This document shows, in pieces, positions 8,123 to 17,802 of a stretch of DNA of 45,326 nucleotides (its first letter is position 1; each line of letters opens with the position of its first letter). Below the pieces are notes generated by a model. The model saw nothing but the letters and a program-made list of their open reading frames with translations. It was not told the origin of the DNA and did not search any database. Origin of the DNA: Anaerolineaceae bacterium (GTDB taxonomy: Bacteria > Chloroflexota > Anaerolineae > Anaerolineales > Villigracilaceae); NCBI GenBank assembly GCA_009885445.1, contig VFKQ01000148.1, positions 1 to 45,326 of the forward strand. Direction: 5' to 3'. Both the position numbers and the translations under genes were made by a program.

Positions 8123-8479
8123 TTAATACATCCCCACGCTCGCATCAATCTTCTTGGCGTACGCATCAATCCCTCCGCGCACGTTAACGACATTCGTCCA
8201 GCCGTTTTGGATTAACCACGCCGTGACCTGTGCACTGCGACTTCCGTGATGACAGATGACGCACACGCTTCGCTCCGCGCTTTGAGCGGGTTCGGGCAAC
8301 GCGGACGTTCCGCCCGCCGCGAGTCCACTCAGCGGCGCGTGGACGAGTCGCGGGTCGTCTATGTGCGCGCGCAGTAACTCGTCCGCTTCGCGCACATCCA
8401 ATAGGATGAAGTCTTCGTCTGATTTAAGTTTTGCGGCCAGCGCGGCCACGTCAATTTCGGGGAAAGGTTTGGAAGACAT
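8123..8479 (-). CDS. Rhodanese-like domain protein
   Basis: LLDVRE...VICHHGSRSAQV...NVRGGIDAY. Confidence 0.92.
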   Translation of the reverse strand: MSSKPFPEIDVAALAAKLKSDEDFILLDVREADELLRAHIDDPRLVHAPLSGLAAGGTSALPEPAQSAERSVCVICHHGSRSAQVTAWLIQNGWTNVVNVRGGIDAYAKKIDASVGMY

Positions 8480-8713
8480 TTTGCCTCGCAGGTTGGGAGA
8501 GTGTGGGAATGATACCGCGAACCAGGTCGCAGCGGCTTTTGAATTTAAACCGACGTCTGGGAAGCGCGGTGATTAAATACTTTTGTACACGGACGCTGTG
8601 CGCACGGAAAAACACGGATTTTTTTACTGCTTTTTCAGTGCGAATCTGCCAAATCTGTGTTGTCGCGTGTACACGCGAAGCGCACAGCAACTTTCCATGA
8701 ACCATTTAAACAA

Positions 8714-8745
8714 TAGAGCCTGACATTAAATAGTGTCAGGCTCTA
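8714..8745 (-). terminator. Hairpin terminator downstream of tRNA-Lys
   Basis: tagagcctgaca-ttaaatag-tgtcaggctcta, followed by a T-rich tract on the minus strand. Confidence 0.75.
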
Positions 8746-8750
8746 CATTT

Positions 8751-8825
8751 TGGTGACTCCGGGGGGATTCGAACCCTCAACCAATTGCTTAAGAGGCAAC
8801 TGCTCTGCCATTGAGCTACGGAGCC
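8751..8825 (-). tRNA. tRNA-Lys(CTT)
   Basis: GGCTCCGTAGCTCAATGGCAGAGCAGTTGCCT-CTT-AAGCAATTGGTTGAGGGTTCGAATCCCCCCGGAGTCACCA: cloverleaf, TTCGAA T-loop, encoded CCA. Confidence 0.97.
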
Positions 8826-8925
8826 GTTTTGCCACGGCTGGCGGGCGAGCGGTATTATATACCGTAAAGGAAATTTGCGTCAATGCGATTGCCAGATTCT
8901 CGTTTTGTGCCGATGCCAATTCATT

Positions 8926-9036
8926 TAAACACAAAGGACACAACGGGCACAAAGGGAAAGATGTGCAAAATAATAAAGCCTTCCGACTTAGTGTACTTCG
9001 CCCCACAGGGGGGCTTTGCTCTGCCCTTCGTGTTAA
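8926..9036. repeat. Period-9 inverted array (ACACAAAGG/CCTTCGTG type) with a nested 21-nt insert at 9001-9021
   Basis: aacacaaaggacacaacgggcacaaagg ... gtgtacttcg[ccccacaggggggctttgctc]tgcccttcgtgtt. Confidence 0.8.
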
Positions 9037-9093
9037 AGCTTGAACGAAAATGGAATAGAATCCAGCCACGCTTCAACTACGAAAGGACTCTTC

Positions 9094-10050
9094 ATGAAAT
9101 CACCCAGACTCCTCCACGCTTGCCTCGCTTTGCTGATTACTTCAATGGCTTGTTCGTTGCAAGTTGCGCCCGCGGCCACGCCGACCGCCCGACCTTCTCA
9201 GACGCCCATTGCCTCGCTTACGCCGCTTCCCAGCTTCACGCCGATTCCGGTCACGTTGACTGCAACCGTGACGCCGACTCAAACTGTCCCTGCGTTTACC
9301 ACGCCTGTGATTCCGGGCGCGCCGTCGGGGCCGTATGCTGTTGTGCTCGTCGAGGCAGGCGACGTGCTCAACATCCGCTCGGGGCCGGGGGCTGGGAATC
9401 CTGTCGTTGGCTCGTTCCCGCCGTCGGCGCGGGATGTGGCGCGGACGGGGCCGTCGTTCATCGTGGCAGATGGAGGTCTGTGGGTCGAAGTCCAAATCCC
9501 AAATGGCGGACGCGGCTGGGTCAATTCAAAATATCTGACGGAGTACGTGGCCCCGTCCACTTTTTGCGCGGACTCACGTGTGACGACTTTCCTCTCCGAA
9601 TTTCGCATCGCCATCCTGACTTCGGACGGGGAAGCGCTTTCAGAGATGGTCAGCCCGGCGCACGGCATGGACGTGTGGATGTGGAACAGCGGCAACGCGA
9701 TTAACTATGACGCCGAGCACGCGCGCTTTATGTTTGAAAGTACCTTCGTGCATAATTGGGGCGCGCATCCCGCCAGCGGACAGGATACGAAAGGCTCATT
9801 TCACGAAGTGGTTTTGCCCGAGTTGGTGGAGGCGTTTAACACCAGTTTTGAATCGCGTTGCAACGACGCGGTTGTGTCCAGTTATGGTGAGCCGTGGCCG
9901 GCGCGTTATGCAAACGTGAATTTTTATCAAATTGTTCACGCGGGCACGCCGGGCGTGGAGTTGGATTGGATCGTCTGGCTCGTTGGCGTGGAGAACGTGG
10001 GCGGCAGGCCGTATCTGTTTTCGTTGATTCATTTTATTTGGACGCCGTAA
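9094..10050 (+). CDS. Lipoprotein with Pro/Thr linker and bacterial SH3 domain
   Basis: Lipobox-like SMAC; PT-rich linker; LNIRSGPG...WVEVQ...GWVNSKYL; AAAGGA RBS before ATG 9094. Confidence 0.85.
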   Translation: MKSPRLLHACLALLITSMACSLQVAPAATPTARPSQTPIASLTPLPSFTPIPVTLTATVTPTQTVPAFTTPVIPGAPSGPYAVVLVEAGDVLNIRSGPGAGNPVVGSFPPSARDVARTGPSFIVADGGLWVEVQIPNGGRGWVNSKYLTEYVAPSTFCADSRVTTFLSEFRIAILTSDGEALSEMVSPAHGMDVWMWNSGNAINYDAEHARFMFESTFVHNWGAHPASGQDTKGSFHEVVLPELVEAFNTSFESRCNDAVVSSYGEPWPARYANVNFYQIVHAGTPGVELDWIVWLVGVENVGGRPYLFSLIHFIWTP

Positions 10051-10053
10051 TCA

Positions 10054-10082
10054 GTAGGGGCGCAGCAATGCTGCGCCCCTAC
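10054..10082. repeat. GTAG-type REP palindrome, 29 nt
   Basis: GTAGGGGCGCAGCA-A-TGCTGCGCCCCTAC. Confidence 0.9.
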
Positions 10083-10093
10083 AACGTAAACAA

Positions 10094-10128
10094 AACGCGC
10101 CGTCTGCATGGAGACGGCGCGTTATTTT
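10094..10128. terminator. Bidirectional terminator hairpin
   Basis: aacgcgccgtct-gcatgg-agacggcgcgtt between convergent genes. Confidence 0.7.
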
Positions 10129-10143
10129 TAATCGCGGCGAAAA

Positions 10144-11049
10144 TTATTTTTCCGCACCCACGCGCAAGCGGGTTCCGCAGGTGCGACAGAAGCGGTCAGC
10201 GGCGTGGGCGCGCGCGCCGCATTGATGACAGTAAACCGGCTCGGCGTTGGAGTTTTCAGCGGGCGCATGTTGCTTGCGCGCCCGTTGGGGTTTGGATCCG
10301 CCGCGCATGTAAATATAATATCCACCGGCCAACAGCAATAAGGCCGTTGCGGCGACCAATACCCATAGGTAGGTTTTGAATGAAGTGCGACCAGTGGTGT
10401 TATCGTTGAGCGGGGCAGAGGCTTCGACCGGCACGAACGAGATGCTCAATGCGTCAGAGTCTTTTTGATATTGCACATTCAGGCTGAAGGCTTTGCCAGT
10501 TGAGAGCGCGCCGAACGCGCCTTCATGATAGGTCATTCCGTTCGTCAGGCTGGTCACGTTGCCCAGCACGGGGTTCGTGATGACCTTGCTGGCATCGAAG
10601 GGCTGTTGCAGTTTTATTTGAAAATCATTGACGGCGTAATCACCCGGCCAGTGATATTGAAATTCGCGCGCCTTGCCAGTGCGCGTTAAAGCTGGGTCGT
10701 AATATTCAAGTTGAATGGCCGCGCCGCTGGCTTCGATGACCACGGCCACCCACTCGCCCTGTGGTTCGAGCGAATATTGCACGCCCGCATCCGTCACCGT
10801 TTCGGGCGTCGCGCCCACGGCCACCACGTGCGGCGATTGCGCCGCGGCGGGAATGCGCAATCTCAACGTAGCGGGCAGGCGCGTGTCTGGCGACAGGTTG
10901 ATGTAATAGATGACCAGCACACTGGGCTTGTCGTATTCAGGCCAGATCTGCACTTCCACTGAGCTCATGCGAATCAGCGATTGCGCATGGGCGGGTTGAA
11001 ATGCAAACAGCGTGGCAATTAATAAAATCATCGAAATGGTGCGACGCAC
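10144..11049 (-). CDS. Exported membrane-anchored protein with C-terminal zinc ribbon
   Basis: GTG 11049 after GAGGAGG; signal peptide ending AHA; one TM; CHQCG...FCRTCG. Confidence 0.82.
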   Translation of the reverse strand: MRRTISMILLIATLFAFQPAHAQSLIRMSSVEVQIWPEYDKPSVLVIYYINLSPDTRLPATLRLRIPAAAQSPHVVAVGATPETVTDAGVQYSLEPQGEWVAVVIEASGAAIQLEYYDPALTRTGKAREFQYHWPGDYAVNDFQIKLQQPFDASKVITNPVLGNVTSLTNGMTYHEGAFGALSTGKAFSLNVQYQKDSDALSISFVPVEASAPLNDNTTGRTSFKTYLWVLVAATALLLLAGGYYIYMRGGSKPQRARKQHAPAENSNAEPVYCHQCGARAHAADRFCRTCGTRLRVGAEK

Positions 11050-11094
11050 GGCAGTCCTCCTCACATAAAATTTCTGCGCAAATCTTACCATGAA

Positions 11095-11123
11095 GTAGGG
11101 ACGCAGCATTGCTGCGTCCCTAC
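11095..11123. repeat. GTAG-type REP palindrome, 29 nt
   Basis: GTAGGGACGCAGCA-T-TGCTGCGTCCCTAC. Confidence 0.9.
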
Positions 11124-11134
11124 TTCGTTTCGTT

Positions 11135-12040
11135 TTATATTTCCAGCGCGCGCACCAATTCCCAACATGCGTGATTGATCAGCGTGGGCACATTAAATTT
11201 TTCACCAGCCCGCGCCACCGCGCCGCAGATTGCGTCGATCTCGGTTTGCGCGCCACGCTCCACGTCCTGCAACATCGACGAGCGATTGGCCGCAGTTTTT
11301 TGGGCCACGTTTTCAGCCGCCGCCACAGGGTCGTCAAACGGCAATTTGATTCCCTGCGCGTTTGCAACCGCCGCCACTTCCTGCGCGAGAAGCTTCATTA
11401 GATGAAGAGATGAAGGATTTTCAAGCAACTTCCCGTTGGGGACTCGCAACAACGCCGTCAGCGGATTTATCGCCGCATTGACGACCAGCTTGCCCCAAAC
11501 GAGCGACTGCGCGTCCGCTACAATCCGCACCGTGAAGCGGGCGCCTGCCAAAGCGGCCTCTACCTCGCTGATGCGCGCGTGCGCCTGCAAAGAAATTATC
11601 CCTTCGCCGCCGGCGCGCGCCAGCCCGGGCGCGATGAGACTCGCGCCGGTCGTCGTCACGCCGAGGGCCACACGTTCACGCCCCAATGTTGCGGCGAGAA
11701 TCTCGTCGTTGCCGAGTCCGTTTTGGAGGGTGATGGCCACGCCATCTTCGGCGAGGCACTCTTTGAGTTGACTCGCGGCGCGCTCTGTCTGCCAGGCCTT
11801 CACGAGCACGAGGGCGATTCTCGTGGCCCGACCCGCTTCGGGCGCGTGGAGGCTGCGCACGGGTGCGTGGATTTCGTCGCCGCTGGATTCGATCAGGCGC
11901 GCTCCGTCTCGTTCGAGCGCATTCAGTCCTGCATCCCATGTGCCGAGCATGCTGATCTCATGCCCGCGTGCGCCGAGACGCGCCGCAAATAAAGTTGCCA
12001 GGGCGCCAGTGCCGAGGATGAAGAAGGGTGGGGGATTCAT
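11135..12040 (-). CDS. panE: 2-dehydropantoate 2-reductase
   Basis: GTGALA, VLVKAWQ, LQNGLG, WGKLVVNAAINPLTA, NRSSMLQD, TEIDAICG; next to panB. Confidence 0.93.
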   Translation of the reverse strand: MNPPPFFILGTGALATLFAARLGARGHEISMLGTWDAGLNALERDGARLIESSGDEIHAPVRSLHAPEAGRATRIALVLVKAWQTERAASQLKECLAEDGVAITLQNGLGNDEILAATLGRERVALGVTTTGASLIAPGLARAGGEGIISLQAHARISEVEAALAGARFTVRIVADAQSLVWGKLVVNAAINPLTALLRVPNGKLLENPSSLHLMKLLAQEVAAVANAQGIKLPFDDPVAAAENVAQKTAANRSSMLQDVERGAQTEIDAICGAVARAGEKFNVPTLINHACWELVRALEI

Positions 12041-12044
12041 TTTT

Positions 12045-12125
12045 TAACACAAAGGACACGAAGTACACAAAGTAAAAAATACTTTGGTTGAATCCCTTCG
12101 TGACCTTTGTGTCCTTTGTGGTGAA
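12045..12125. repeat. Period-9 inverted array
   Basis: aacacaaaggacacgaagtacacaaag ... cttcgtgacctttgtgtcctttgtggt. Confidence 0.85.
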
Positions 12126-12131
12126 TGTTTT

Positions 12132-13013
12132 TTATGAACTAGCCACACGCAGGAAGGCCTGCCATTCCTCGTCGGTGGTTTCGACGGAATGCTCAACGCC
12201 TGGGAATTGGCGCGCTTGCACTTCGCTGAGGTATTCGCCGAAGGCGCGTTTCATTTCGCCGTGGAAGTCGGCATATTTTTTGACGAACTTTGGAGTGAAG
12301 CGCTCGAAGAGACCGAGCAGGTCGTGGGTGACGAGGACTTGTCCGTCGCAAGCGAGGCCTGCGCCGATGCCGATGCTGGGGATGGAAATTTTTTGCGAGA
12401 TAAATTCTGCCAGCCGCGCGGGGACTGCCTCGAGCACGATGCTGAAGCATCCGGCTTCTTCGAGCAGGAGCGCGTCTTCGAGCAGGCGTTTGGCGGCGGA
12501 GGCAGACTTGCCCTGTGTGCGGAATCCGCCGAGCTGATTCACGGATTGCGGCGTGAGGCCGAGGTGGCCCATGACGGGGATGCCCGCCGCGACGATGGCG
12601 CGGACGGCGTCGACGCGTTCGCGTCCGCCCTCGAGTTTGACGGCTTCCATGCCGCCCTCTTGCAGGAAGCGGCCGGCGTTGCGCACGGCCTGCTCAACTG
12701 AAACTTGATACGACATGAAGGGCATGTCGCCGATGCGCAACGCGGATTTGGCTCCGCGCGCCACAGCGCGGCAGTGGTGGAGCATTTCTTCCATGGTGAC
12801 GGGCAGGGTGTTTTCGTAGCCGAGCACGACCATGCCGAGTGAGTCGCCGACGAGAATCGAATCGACTCCGGCCATGTCCATCGCGAGGGCGGTGGGATAG
12901 TCGTAGGCGGTGAGCATGCTGATCGGTTCGCCGTGTTCCTTCTTTTGACGGAACGTGAGCGTGGTCACTTTTTTGCGTTGCGAGACGGGAGCAGAGACAG
13001 AAACTGTAGACAT
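12132..13013 (-). CDS. panB: 3-methyl-2-oxobutanoate hydroxymethyltransferase
   Basis: MLTAYDY, ILVGDSLGMV, GDMPFMSY, VKLEGG, GHLGLTPQS, IGIGAG..CDGQVLV; ATG 13013 with GGAGG RBS. Confidence 0.96.
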   Translation of the reverse strand: MSTVSVSAPVSQRKKVTTLTFRQKKEHGEPISMLTAYDYPTALAMDMAGVDSILVGDSLGMVVLGYENTLPVTMEEMLHHCRAVARGAKSALRIGDMPFMSYQVSVEQAVRNAGRFLQEGGMEAVKLEGGRERVDAVRAIVAAGIPVMGHLGLTPQSVNQLGGFRTQGKSASAAKRLLEDALLLEEAGCFSIVLEAVPARLAEFISQKISIPSIGIGAGLACDGQVLVTHDLLGLFERFTPKFVKKYADFHGEMKRAFGEYLSEVQARQFPGVEHSVETTDEEWQAFLRVASS

Positions 13014-13125
13014 GGGTACCCTCCGGAGGTAGGTAGAGTCCGCTGGCGCCGCCCCGATTTTATGCGCAGTGGTTTGGGTGAGATTTGTTGTCGTCGCGTT
13101 CGCTGAGGATACGCGCGGTGTGGGT

Positions 13126-13274
13126 GGGCGGTTGCCCCAAAGGGGGGCTTCGCACAAACCGCCACTACATTTGCGAAGCCGACACTTCGACAGGCTCAGT
13201 GCAACGCCTTCGTCGGCTAACGCCCAGTCCACGAAGGTGGACTTCGCAGGCGTTGGTGCGACTTAAGTCGCCCA
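13126..13274. repeat. Composite palindromic element, copy 1 of 3, with nested 21-nt and 24-nt inserts
   Basis: Close match to 33647-33773 (gccactacattt.cgaagccgacacttcga...gccttcgtcggct...agtcc.cgaagg.ggacttcgc.gg.gttggtgcg.ctt.agtcgccca). Confidence 0.9.
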
Positions 13275-13396
13275 GGCCATCATTATTCCACAAATCCAGA
13301 TTTTCGCCTATAATATTTTTGTCTGAGATTGGCGTGTCGCCACAATGCTACTGGCGACACGCTTAGCGTGTCGCAGTACAAATTTAGGAGACTCTT

Positions 13397-13612
13397 ATGC
13401 GTAGAATGTTTGGCTTTTTGATCGGAATTTTTGTCGGCGCTTTGGTCGGCTCGACGGTGGCGTTGTTGATGGCCCCCGAGTCGGGCGAGAAGATGCGCGG
13501 CATGTTGCGCGAGCGCAGTGATAACTTTGTCAGCGACGTGCGCAACGCGGCAGACAATCGGCGGATTGAATTGCAGAGTCGGCTCGAGTCGATGCGCGCG
13601 CCGAAAGAATAA
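13397..13612 (+). CDS. YtxH-domain small membrane protein
   Basis: FLIGIFVGALVGSTVALLMAPESGEKMR signature; AGGAG RBS. Confidence 0.88.
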   Translation: MRRMFGFLIGIFVGALVGSTVALLMAPESGEKMRGMLRERSDNFVSDVRNAADNRRIELQSRLESMRAPKE

Positions 13613-13657
13613 GCATAGTTTGCAGAAGACAGACCTGCGCGGCGAAAGAGCACAATC

Positions 13658-14119
13658 GTGAAAGTACTGCGTATTTACATTGATACGTCTGTAATTGGCG
13701 GTTGTTTTGATGCCGAGTATGAAAAAGCATCTAAACAATTATGGAGTGAATTTCGAAAAGGGAAGAAAATCGCCATTGCTTCTGATTTATTGCTGCTTGA
13801 ACTAGAAGAGGCCCCCGTGCGGGTTCGCCGACTATTGAATGATTTATCTGAAAATTCTATTGAATATATTTCACTTGACGAGGAATCTATTGCACTGGCC
13901 AATACCTATATTCAAGATGGCGCTGTAGCCGAGTCGAGTTTATCGGATGCCCGACATATTGCAATGGCTACCATTGCCCGCGCAGATGTTTTGGTAAGTT
14001 GGAACTTTAAGCATATTGTAAATCTCAATCGTATTCGTCGCTTCAATGCTGTGAATTTGAAGTCGGGATATCCAACTATTGAGATTCGCAGTCCAAGCGA
14101 GGTGTTAAATGAAAACTGA
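13658..14119 (+). CDS. PIN-domain protein (toxin-first TA pair)
   Basis: IYIDTSVIGGCFDAE...DARHIAMATIARADVLVSWNFKHIVN...IRSPSEV; AT-rich. Confidence 0.9.
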   Translation: MKVLRIYIDTSVIGGCFDAEYEKASKQLWSEFRKGKKIAIASDLLLLELEEAPVRVRRLLNDLSENSIEYISLDEESIALANTYIQDGAVAESSLSDARHIAMATIARADVLVSWNFKHIVNLNRIRRFNAVNLKSGYPTIEIRSPSEVLNEN

Positions 14120-14282
14120 GATAATTGATGCGGTTGCCTTAAAGCGCGAACTGCAAAAAAAGGCGGAGCAGAAGTTGATGGTTTTATCGGAAAAACAACA
14201 ACTTGATTTATTGCGGCGTAAATATGGAAGCATGCTTCATGTGACAAAAAGAAAACCGCGACGCCAATTACAGACCGCCTAA
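14109..14282 (+). CDS. Small basic protein, probable antitoxin of the upstream PIN
   Basis: 57 aa, below the ORF-track cutoff: MKTEIIDAVALKRELQKKAEQKLMVLSEKQQLDLLRRKYGSMLHVTKRKPRRQLQTA; GAGGTG RBS, overlaps the PIN stop. Confidence 0.7.
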   Translation: MKTEIIDAVALKRELQKKAEQKLMVLSEKQQLDLLRRKYGSMLHVTKRKPRRQLQTA

Positions 14283-15427
14283 CTCGAGACGGTTTTGTAA
14301 AACTCCTCCGCCCGCGCCATATTCTGCGCGTACTCGGCGCGCTTGGCGATGAGACTTCGATTGTGACCTGCGGCTTGCTTGCGCAGGTCTTTGTTTTTAA
14401 TGGCATTGATAATCGCGTTTGCGAGTGCTGAAGGGTCGGCTGAGTCAACGAGCAGGCCGTTGACGCCGTCATCAATCCACTCGCGGATGGATTCTAAATC
14501 GCCGGCGACGGGGAAGCATCCGCAGGCGAGGCCTTCGAGCAGGGAGTTGGGCGTCCCGTCGTGTGCCGAGGGCGAGACGAGGATCATGGCGCGGCGATAA
14601 ATTTCAGCCAGAGATGTTTGCGGAAGCGGGGCGAGCAGTTCGACGGAGTTGGCGATGCCCAACTCTTGAATCCAATTTAATGCTTCGGGTTGGCCGGCCA
14701 TGCTGGCGCAGATGAAACGCGCGTTGGGAATTTTTTCGAGCACGAGCGGAACCGCGCGGAAGAATGTGTCGTTACGGATGTAGGCGCGGAAGCCGCGCGG
14801 GTTGAAGATTACCGGCACTTCGACGGGTTGCTCGGGCGGAAAAAAAATGTCGGTGCGGATGCCGCCGTTGCCGGGCGTGACGAGAGTGGGCTTGGAGGGG
14901 GCGAGTCCCCATTCGCGGGCGAGGCGGATGTCGCGTTCGCAGTCCGCGTGCAGGGCGTCGGCGACGAGCATGGCCCAGCGCGTGTGTTGGCGCATCAGCG
15001 GCGTAGACGGGGCGTGCAGGGTGAAGTCGTTGCCCCAGGTGGAGACGATCAGCGGAACTTGCAGTCCGGCGTTGGCGGCCAACATGCCTTCGTAGGGAAT
15101 GCGCATGGCGTGGACTAAATCGGGTTGCGCGCGTTCGGCGATGCCGCGCAGTCTTTCGGCGGCGCGGGGAATTGTCAGCGGGCCGAGCCAGTGACGGATT
15201 TTGTTGCGCAGGTTGAGGAAGCGCGAGTCGCGTCGGCGCGGACCGCTGGCGGCTGGGGCGGAGAATCGGCTAAAGGCGACGGGAGCCACTTCGAGCGCGG
15301 AAAGACCCGGCATTGAGTCGCAGGGAAAAGTGGAGGCGAGGTGAACTTCGTCGCCGCGTTGAATCCAATATTGAATCCAATTGCGGGCAGTGGGTGAGCG
15401 GCCGTCGGCCACGAAAAGTAGGCGCAT
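14279..15427 (-). CDS. GT4-family (GT-B) glycosyltransferase
   Basis: PDLVHAM, SPSAHDGTPNSLLEGLACG, IREWIDDGVNGLLV. Confidence 0.92.
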   Translation of the reverse strand: MRLLFVADGRSPTARNWIQYWIQRGDEVHLASTFPCDSMPGLSALEVAPVAFSRFSAPAASGPRRRDSRFLNLRNKIRHWLGPLTIPRAAERLRGIAERAQPDLVHAMRIPYEGMLAANAGLQVPLIVSTWGNDFTLHAPSTPLMRQHTRWAMLVADALHADCERDIRLAREWGLAPSKPTLVTPGNGGIRTDIFFPPEQPVEVPVIFNPRGFRAYIRNDTFFRAVPLVLEKIPNARFICASMAGQPEALNWIQELGIANSVELLAPLPQTSLAEIYRRAMILVSPSAHDGTPNSLLEGLACGCFPVAGDLESIREWIDDGVNGLLVDSADPSALANAIINAIKNKDLRKQAAGHNRSLIAKRAEYAQNMARAEEFYKTVSS

Positions 15428-15450
15428 AGTATTTCCAATTGTAGTATATT

Positions 15451-15508
15451 TGGCAATATCCTTACCAAAGGGAAGTTGATGGCAATATCCTTACCAAAGG
15501 GAAGTTGA
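15451..15508. repeat. Perfect 29-bp tandem duplication in a divergent promoter region
   Basis: (tggcaatatccttaccaaagggaagttga)x2. Confidence 0.95.
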
Positions 15509-15514
15509 TGACGC

Positions 15515-15907
15515 ATGGCCCAACAACGCGTGCTGATTGTGGAAGACAACGTGGATAATTATGAGCTGGTGCGTTTTTTGCTGGCGCGCGCGGGCTATGA
15601 AGTGCTGGCGGCGTCGAACGGCATGGAAGGTGTGGAGACTGCGCGCCGCGAACTGCCCGACCTGATCTTGATGGACCTTTCGATGCCCGAGCTGGATGGC
15701 TGGGATGCGGCGCGGAAATTGAAGGCGGATGAGCGCACGCGCAAGATTCCGGTGTTGGCGCTCACGGCGCACACGTTGCCTGGGGATCGCAAGCGCGCGA
15801 TTGAAGCGGGTTGCGACGGGTATATTTCCAAGCCGATCAATGTGGCTTCGTTTGAAAAACTGGTGTCCACATTGGTGCGTCAGGCGCGGGAAGAATTGCA
15901 AGGTTGA
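15515..15907 (+). CDS. Single-domain response regulator (DivK-like)
   Basis: VLIVEDN, DLILMDLSMPELDG, ALTAH, GCDGYISKPI. Confidence 0.93.
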   Translation: MAQQRVLIVEDNVDNYELVRFLLARAGYEVLAASNGMEGVETARRELPDLILMDLSMPELDGWDAARKLKADERTRKIPVLALTAHTLPGDRKRAIEAGCDGYISKPINVASFEKLVSTLVRQAREELQG

Positions 15908-16024
15908 CGCATTTCAATCGCCTGCCAAATGGCAGGTGAATTTTTCGTATGAACGCAAGTGAATATACACTGCGTAAGACGAGTCGCTTAATTCACCAGT
16001 TACTATTTTTACAGTGAGGTATCA

Positions 16025-17323
16025 ATGAAACAAATTTGTGTTGTGGGTGTGGGTTATGTGGGGCTTGTCACCGGCGCGTGTTTTGCCGATCTCGGCAACA
16101 AGGTCATCGCGCTGGATGTGGACGAGAAGCGCATTGCGAATCTCAACAATGGCGTGATGCCTATTTATGAGCCAGGCTTGGATGAGCTGGTGAAACGCAA
16201 TGTGAAGAGCGGCAGGTTGTCGTTTAGCTCCTCTTATAAAGATGCGTTGAAAGGCGCCGAGTTTGCGTTCATCGCCGTGGGCACACCTTCGGGTGTGAAC
16301 GGCGAAGCCGATTTGCAATATGTGGCCAGCGCCGCAAAATCGATTGCTGAAAATATGAGCGCGCCGCTGATCATCATTAATAAGTCTACGGTGCCGATTG
16401 GCACCGGTGACTGGGTGGCCGATATTGTGAAAGGCGCACAGCGCAAAGCCGTTCAATTTGCGGTGGTGTCGTGTCCCGAGTTTTTGCGCGAGGGTTCGGC
16501 CATCGCCGACTTTATGAATCCGCACCGCTCGGTGATTGGCTCGCTGGATAAAGATGCGGCCAGCAAGGTGGCGCAACTTCATCTTCCGTTGCGCGCGCCC
16601 ATCGTCATCACCGATTTGCGCACCGCCGAAATGATTAAGTACGCCAGCAACGCATTTCTGGCGACGAAGATTTCGTTCATCAATGAAGTGGCGGATATTT
16701 GTGAAGCCTACGGCGCGGATGTAAAAGAGGTCGCCGCCGGAATGGGCTACGACGCCCGAATCGGACGCCACTTCCTCGATGCGGGACTCGGCTGGGGCGG
16801 GTCGTGCTTCCCGAAGGACGTCCAAGCCCTGGCCTACATGGCCCGCGAGAAGGGACTCAATCCGCAGATTCTCGATAACACCATGACGGTGAATTACGCC
16901 CGCCGGAAAGATGTTGCCCGCCGCGTGGAGTCCATGCTGGGCGGCTCATTAAAAGGAAAGACGATTGGCCTGCTTGGACTGGCCTTCAAAGAAAACACCG
17001 ACGACATGCGCGATGCTCCCTCGATTGACATCGCCAGCGCGCTGATTCAAGCCGGCGCGAAAGTGCGCGGCTACGACCCGATCGCGTTTGAGACCGCCCG
17101 TCCGCACATGCCGGCGGTGGACATCATGGACGACCCGTATAAACTTGCGGATGGTTGTGATGCGCTGATCGTCGTCACCCCGTGGAATGAGTTCAAACAA
17201 CTGGATTTGGAAAAACTAAAAAGCCTGCTCAAGTCTCCGGTCATCTTTGACGGACGCAACATCTACGACCCGCAGATCATGAAGGCGATGGGGTTTGAGT
17301 ATCGGGGTATTGGACGACAGTGA
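16025..17323 (+). CDS. ugd: UDP-glucose 6-dehydrogenase
   Basis: [57 protein letters not shown]. Confidence 0.95.
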   Translation: MKQICVVGVGYVGLVTGACFADLGNKVIALDVDEKRIANLNNGVMPIYEPGLDELVKRNVKSGRLSFSSSYKDALKGAEFAFIAVGTPSGVNGEADLQYVASAAKSIAENMSAPLIIINKSTVPIGTGDWVADIVKGAQRKAVQFAVVSCPEFLREGSAIADFMNPHRSVIGSLDKDAASKVAQLHLPLRAPIVITDLRTAEMIKYASNAFLATKISFINEVADICEAYGADVKEVAAGMGYDARIGRHFLDAGLGWGGSCFPKDVQALAYMAREKGLNPQILDNTMTVNYARRKDVARRVESMLGGSLKGKTIGLLGLAFKENTDDMRDAPSIDIASALIQAGAKVRGYDPIAFETARPHMPAVDIMDDPYKLADGCDALIVVTPWNEFKQLDLEKLKSLLKSPVIFDGRNIYDPQIMKAMGFEYRGIGRQ

Positions 17324-17356
17324 TCAGTGTTCGGTGTTCAGTTTTCAGTGTTCAAT
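17318..17356. repeat. Left heptamer arm (CAGTGTT)n of the four-helix-bundle cassette
   Basis: cagtgat cagtgtt cggtgtt cagtttt cagtgtt caat; the first unit contains the ugd TGA. Confidence 0.9.
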
Positions 17357-17362
17357 GGCAGG

Positions 17363-17802
17363 ATGAGGAGAAAAATTATAGCTGGACTGGCTCATGCAAA
17401 TAGTTTTCGAGATTTGCTTGTTTATCAAAAAGTGCGCGCAGTAGCGCGTGAAATATTCGCGTTGACAAAGCGATTTCCCAAGGAAGAAGTTTTTTCGTTA
17501 ACCGACCAAATCCGTCGTTCATCGCGTTCGCTTGGTGCGCAGATTGCGGAGGCGTGGGCGAAGCGAAGATATGAGGCGCATTTTGTCAGCAAGTTAACTG
17601 ATGCTGATGGTGAACAACAAGAAACACAACATTGGATTGTGAATACATAACCCAAGCCGACGCCACCATTCTGCTCGAAAAGTATGCCGAGATTGGACGC
17701 CTGCTCGGCGGCATGATGGCCAAGGCAGATATGTTTTGCAAGCCTGAATCCATCTCCATTCGTGAAGAGCAAGCCCCATATTTCGCCATCACTGAAAACT
17801 GA
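17363..17802 (+). pseudogene. Four-helix-bundle protein (23S rRNA IVS protein / bAvd-like family), frameshifted
   Basis: SFRDLLVYQK...FPKEEVFSLTDQIRRSSRSLGAQIAEAWAKRRYEAHFVSKLTDADGEQQETQHWI, then continues in another frame as CEYITQADATILLEKYAEIGRLLGGMMAKADMFC...TEN*; break near 17636-17640. Confidence 0.88.

Noticed and set aside
8751-8825. tRNA-Lys as the attachment site of an island
   Set aside because: No duplicate of its 3' end and no integrase found in the window.
13014-13125. pan RNA motif or riboswitch in the panB leader
   Set aside because: Only a short CGCGT..ACGCG hairpin is visible and I cannot match it to the motif by eye; an Rfam cmscan would decide.
13014-13232. 73-aa N-terminal extension of PanB in the ORF track
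   Set aside because: It runs through repeat DNA; a good RBS precedes ATG 13013. Similar extensions at 9040, 11109, 17327, 26276, 35880 and 39728 were trimmed on RBS, promoter or repeat evidence.
15451-15508. CRISPR array from the 29-bp repeats (or the 29-nt GTAG palindromes)
   Set aside because: Only two abutting units with no spacer; the GTAG copies are kilobases apart; no cas genes.
17363-17802. Diversity-generating retroelement or 23S rRNA intervening sequence
   Set aside because: An Avd-like gene is present, but there is no reverse transcriptase, no TR/VR pair and no rRNA sequence around it.
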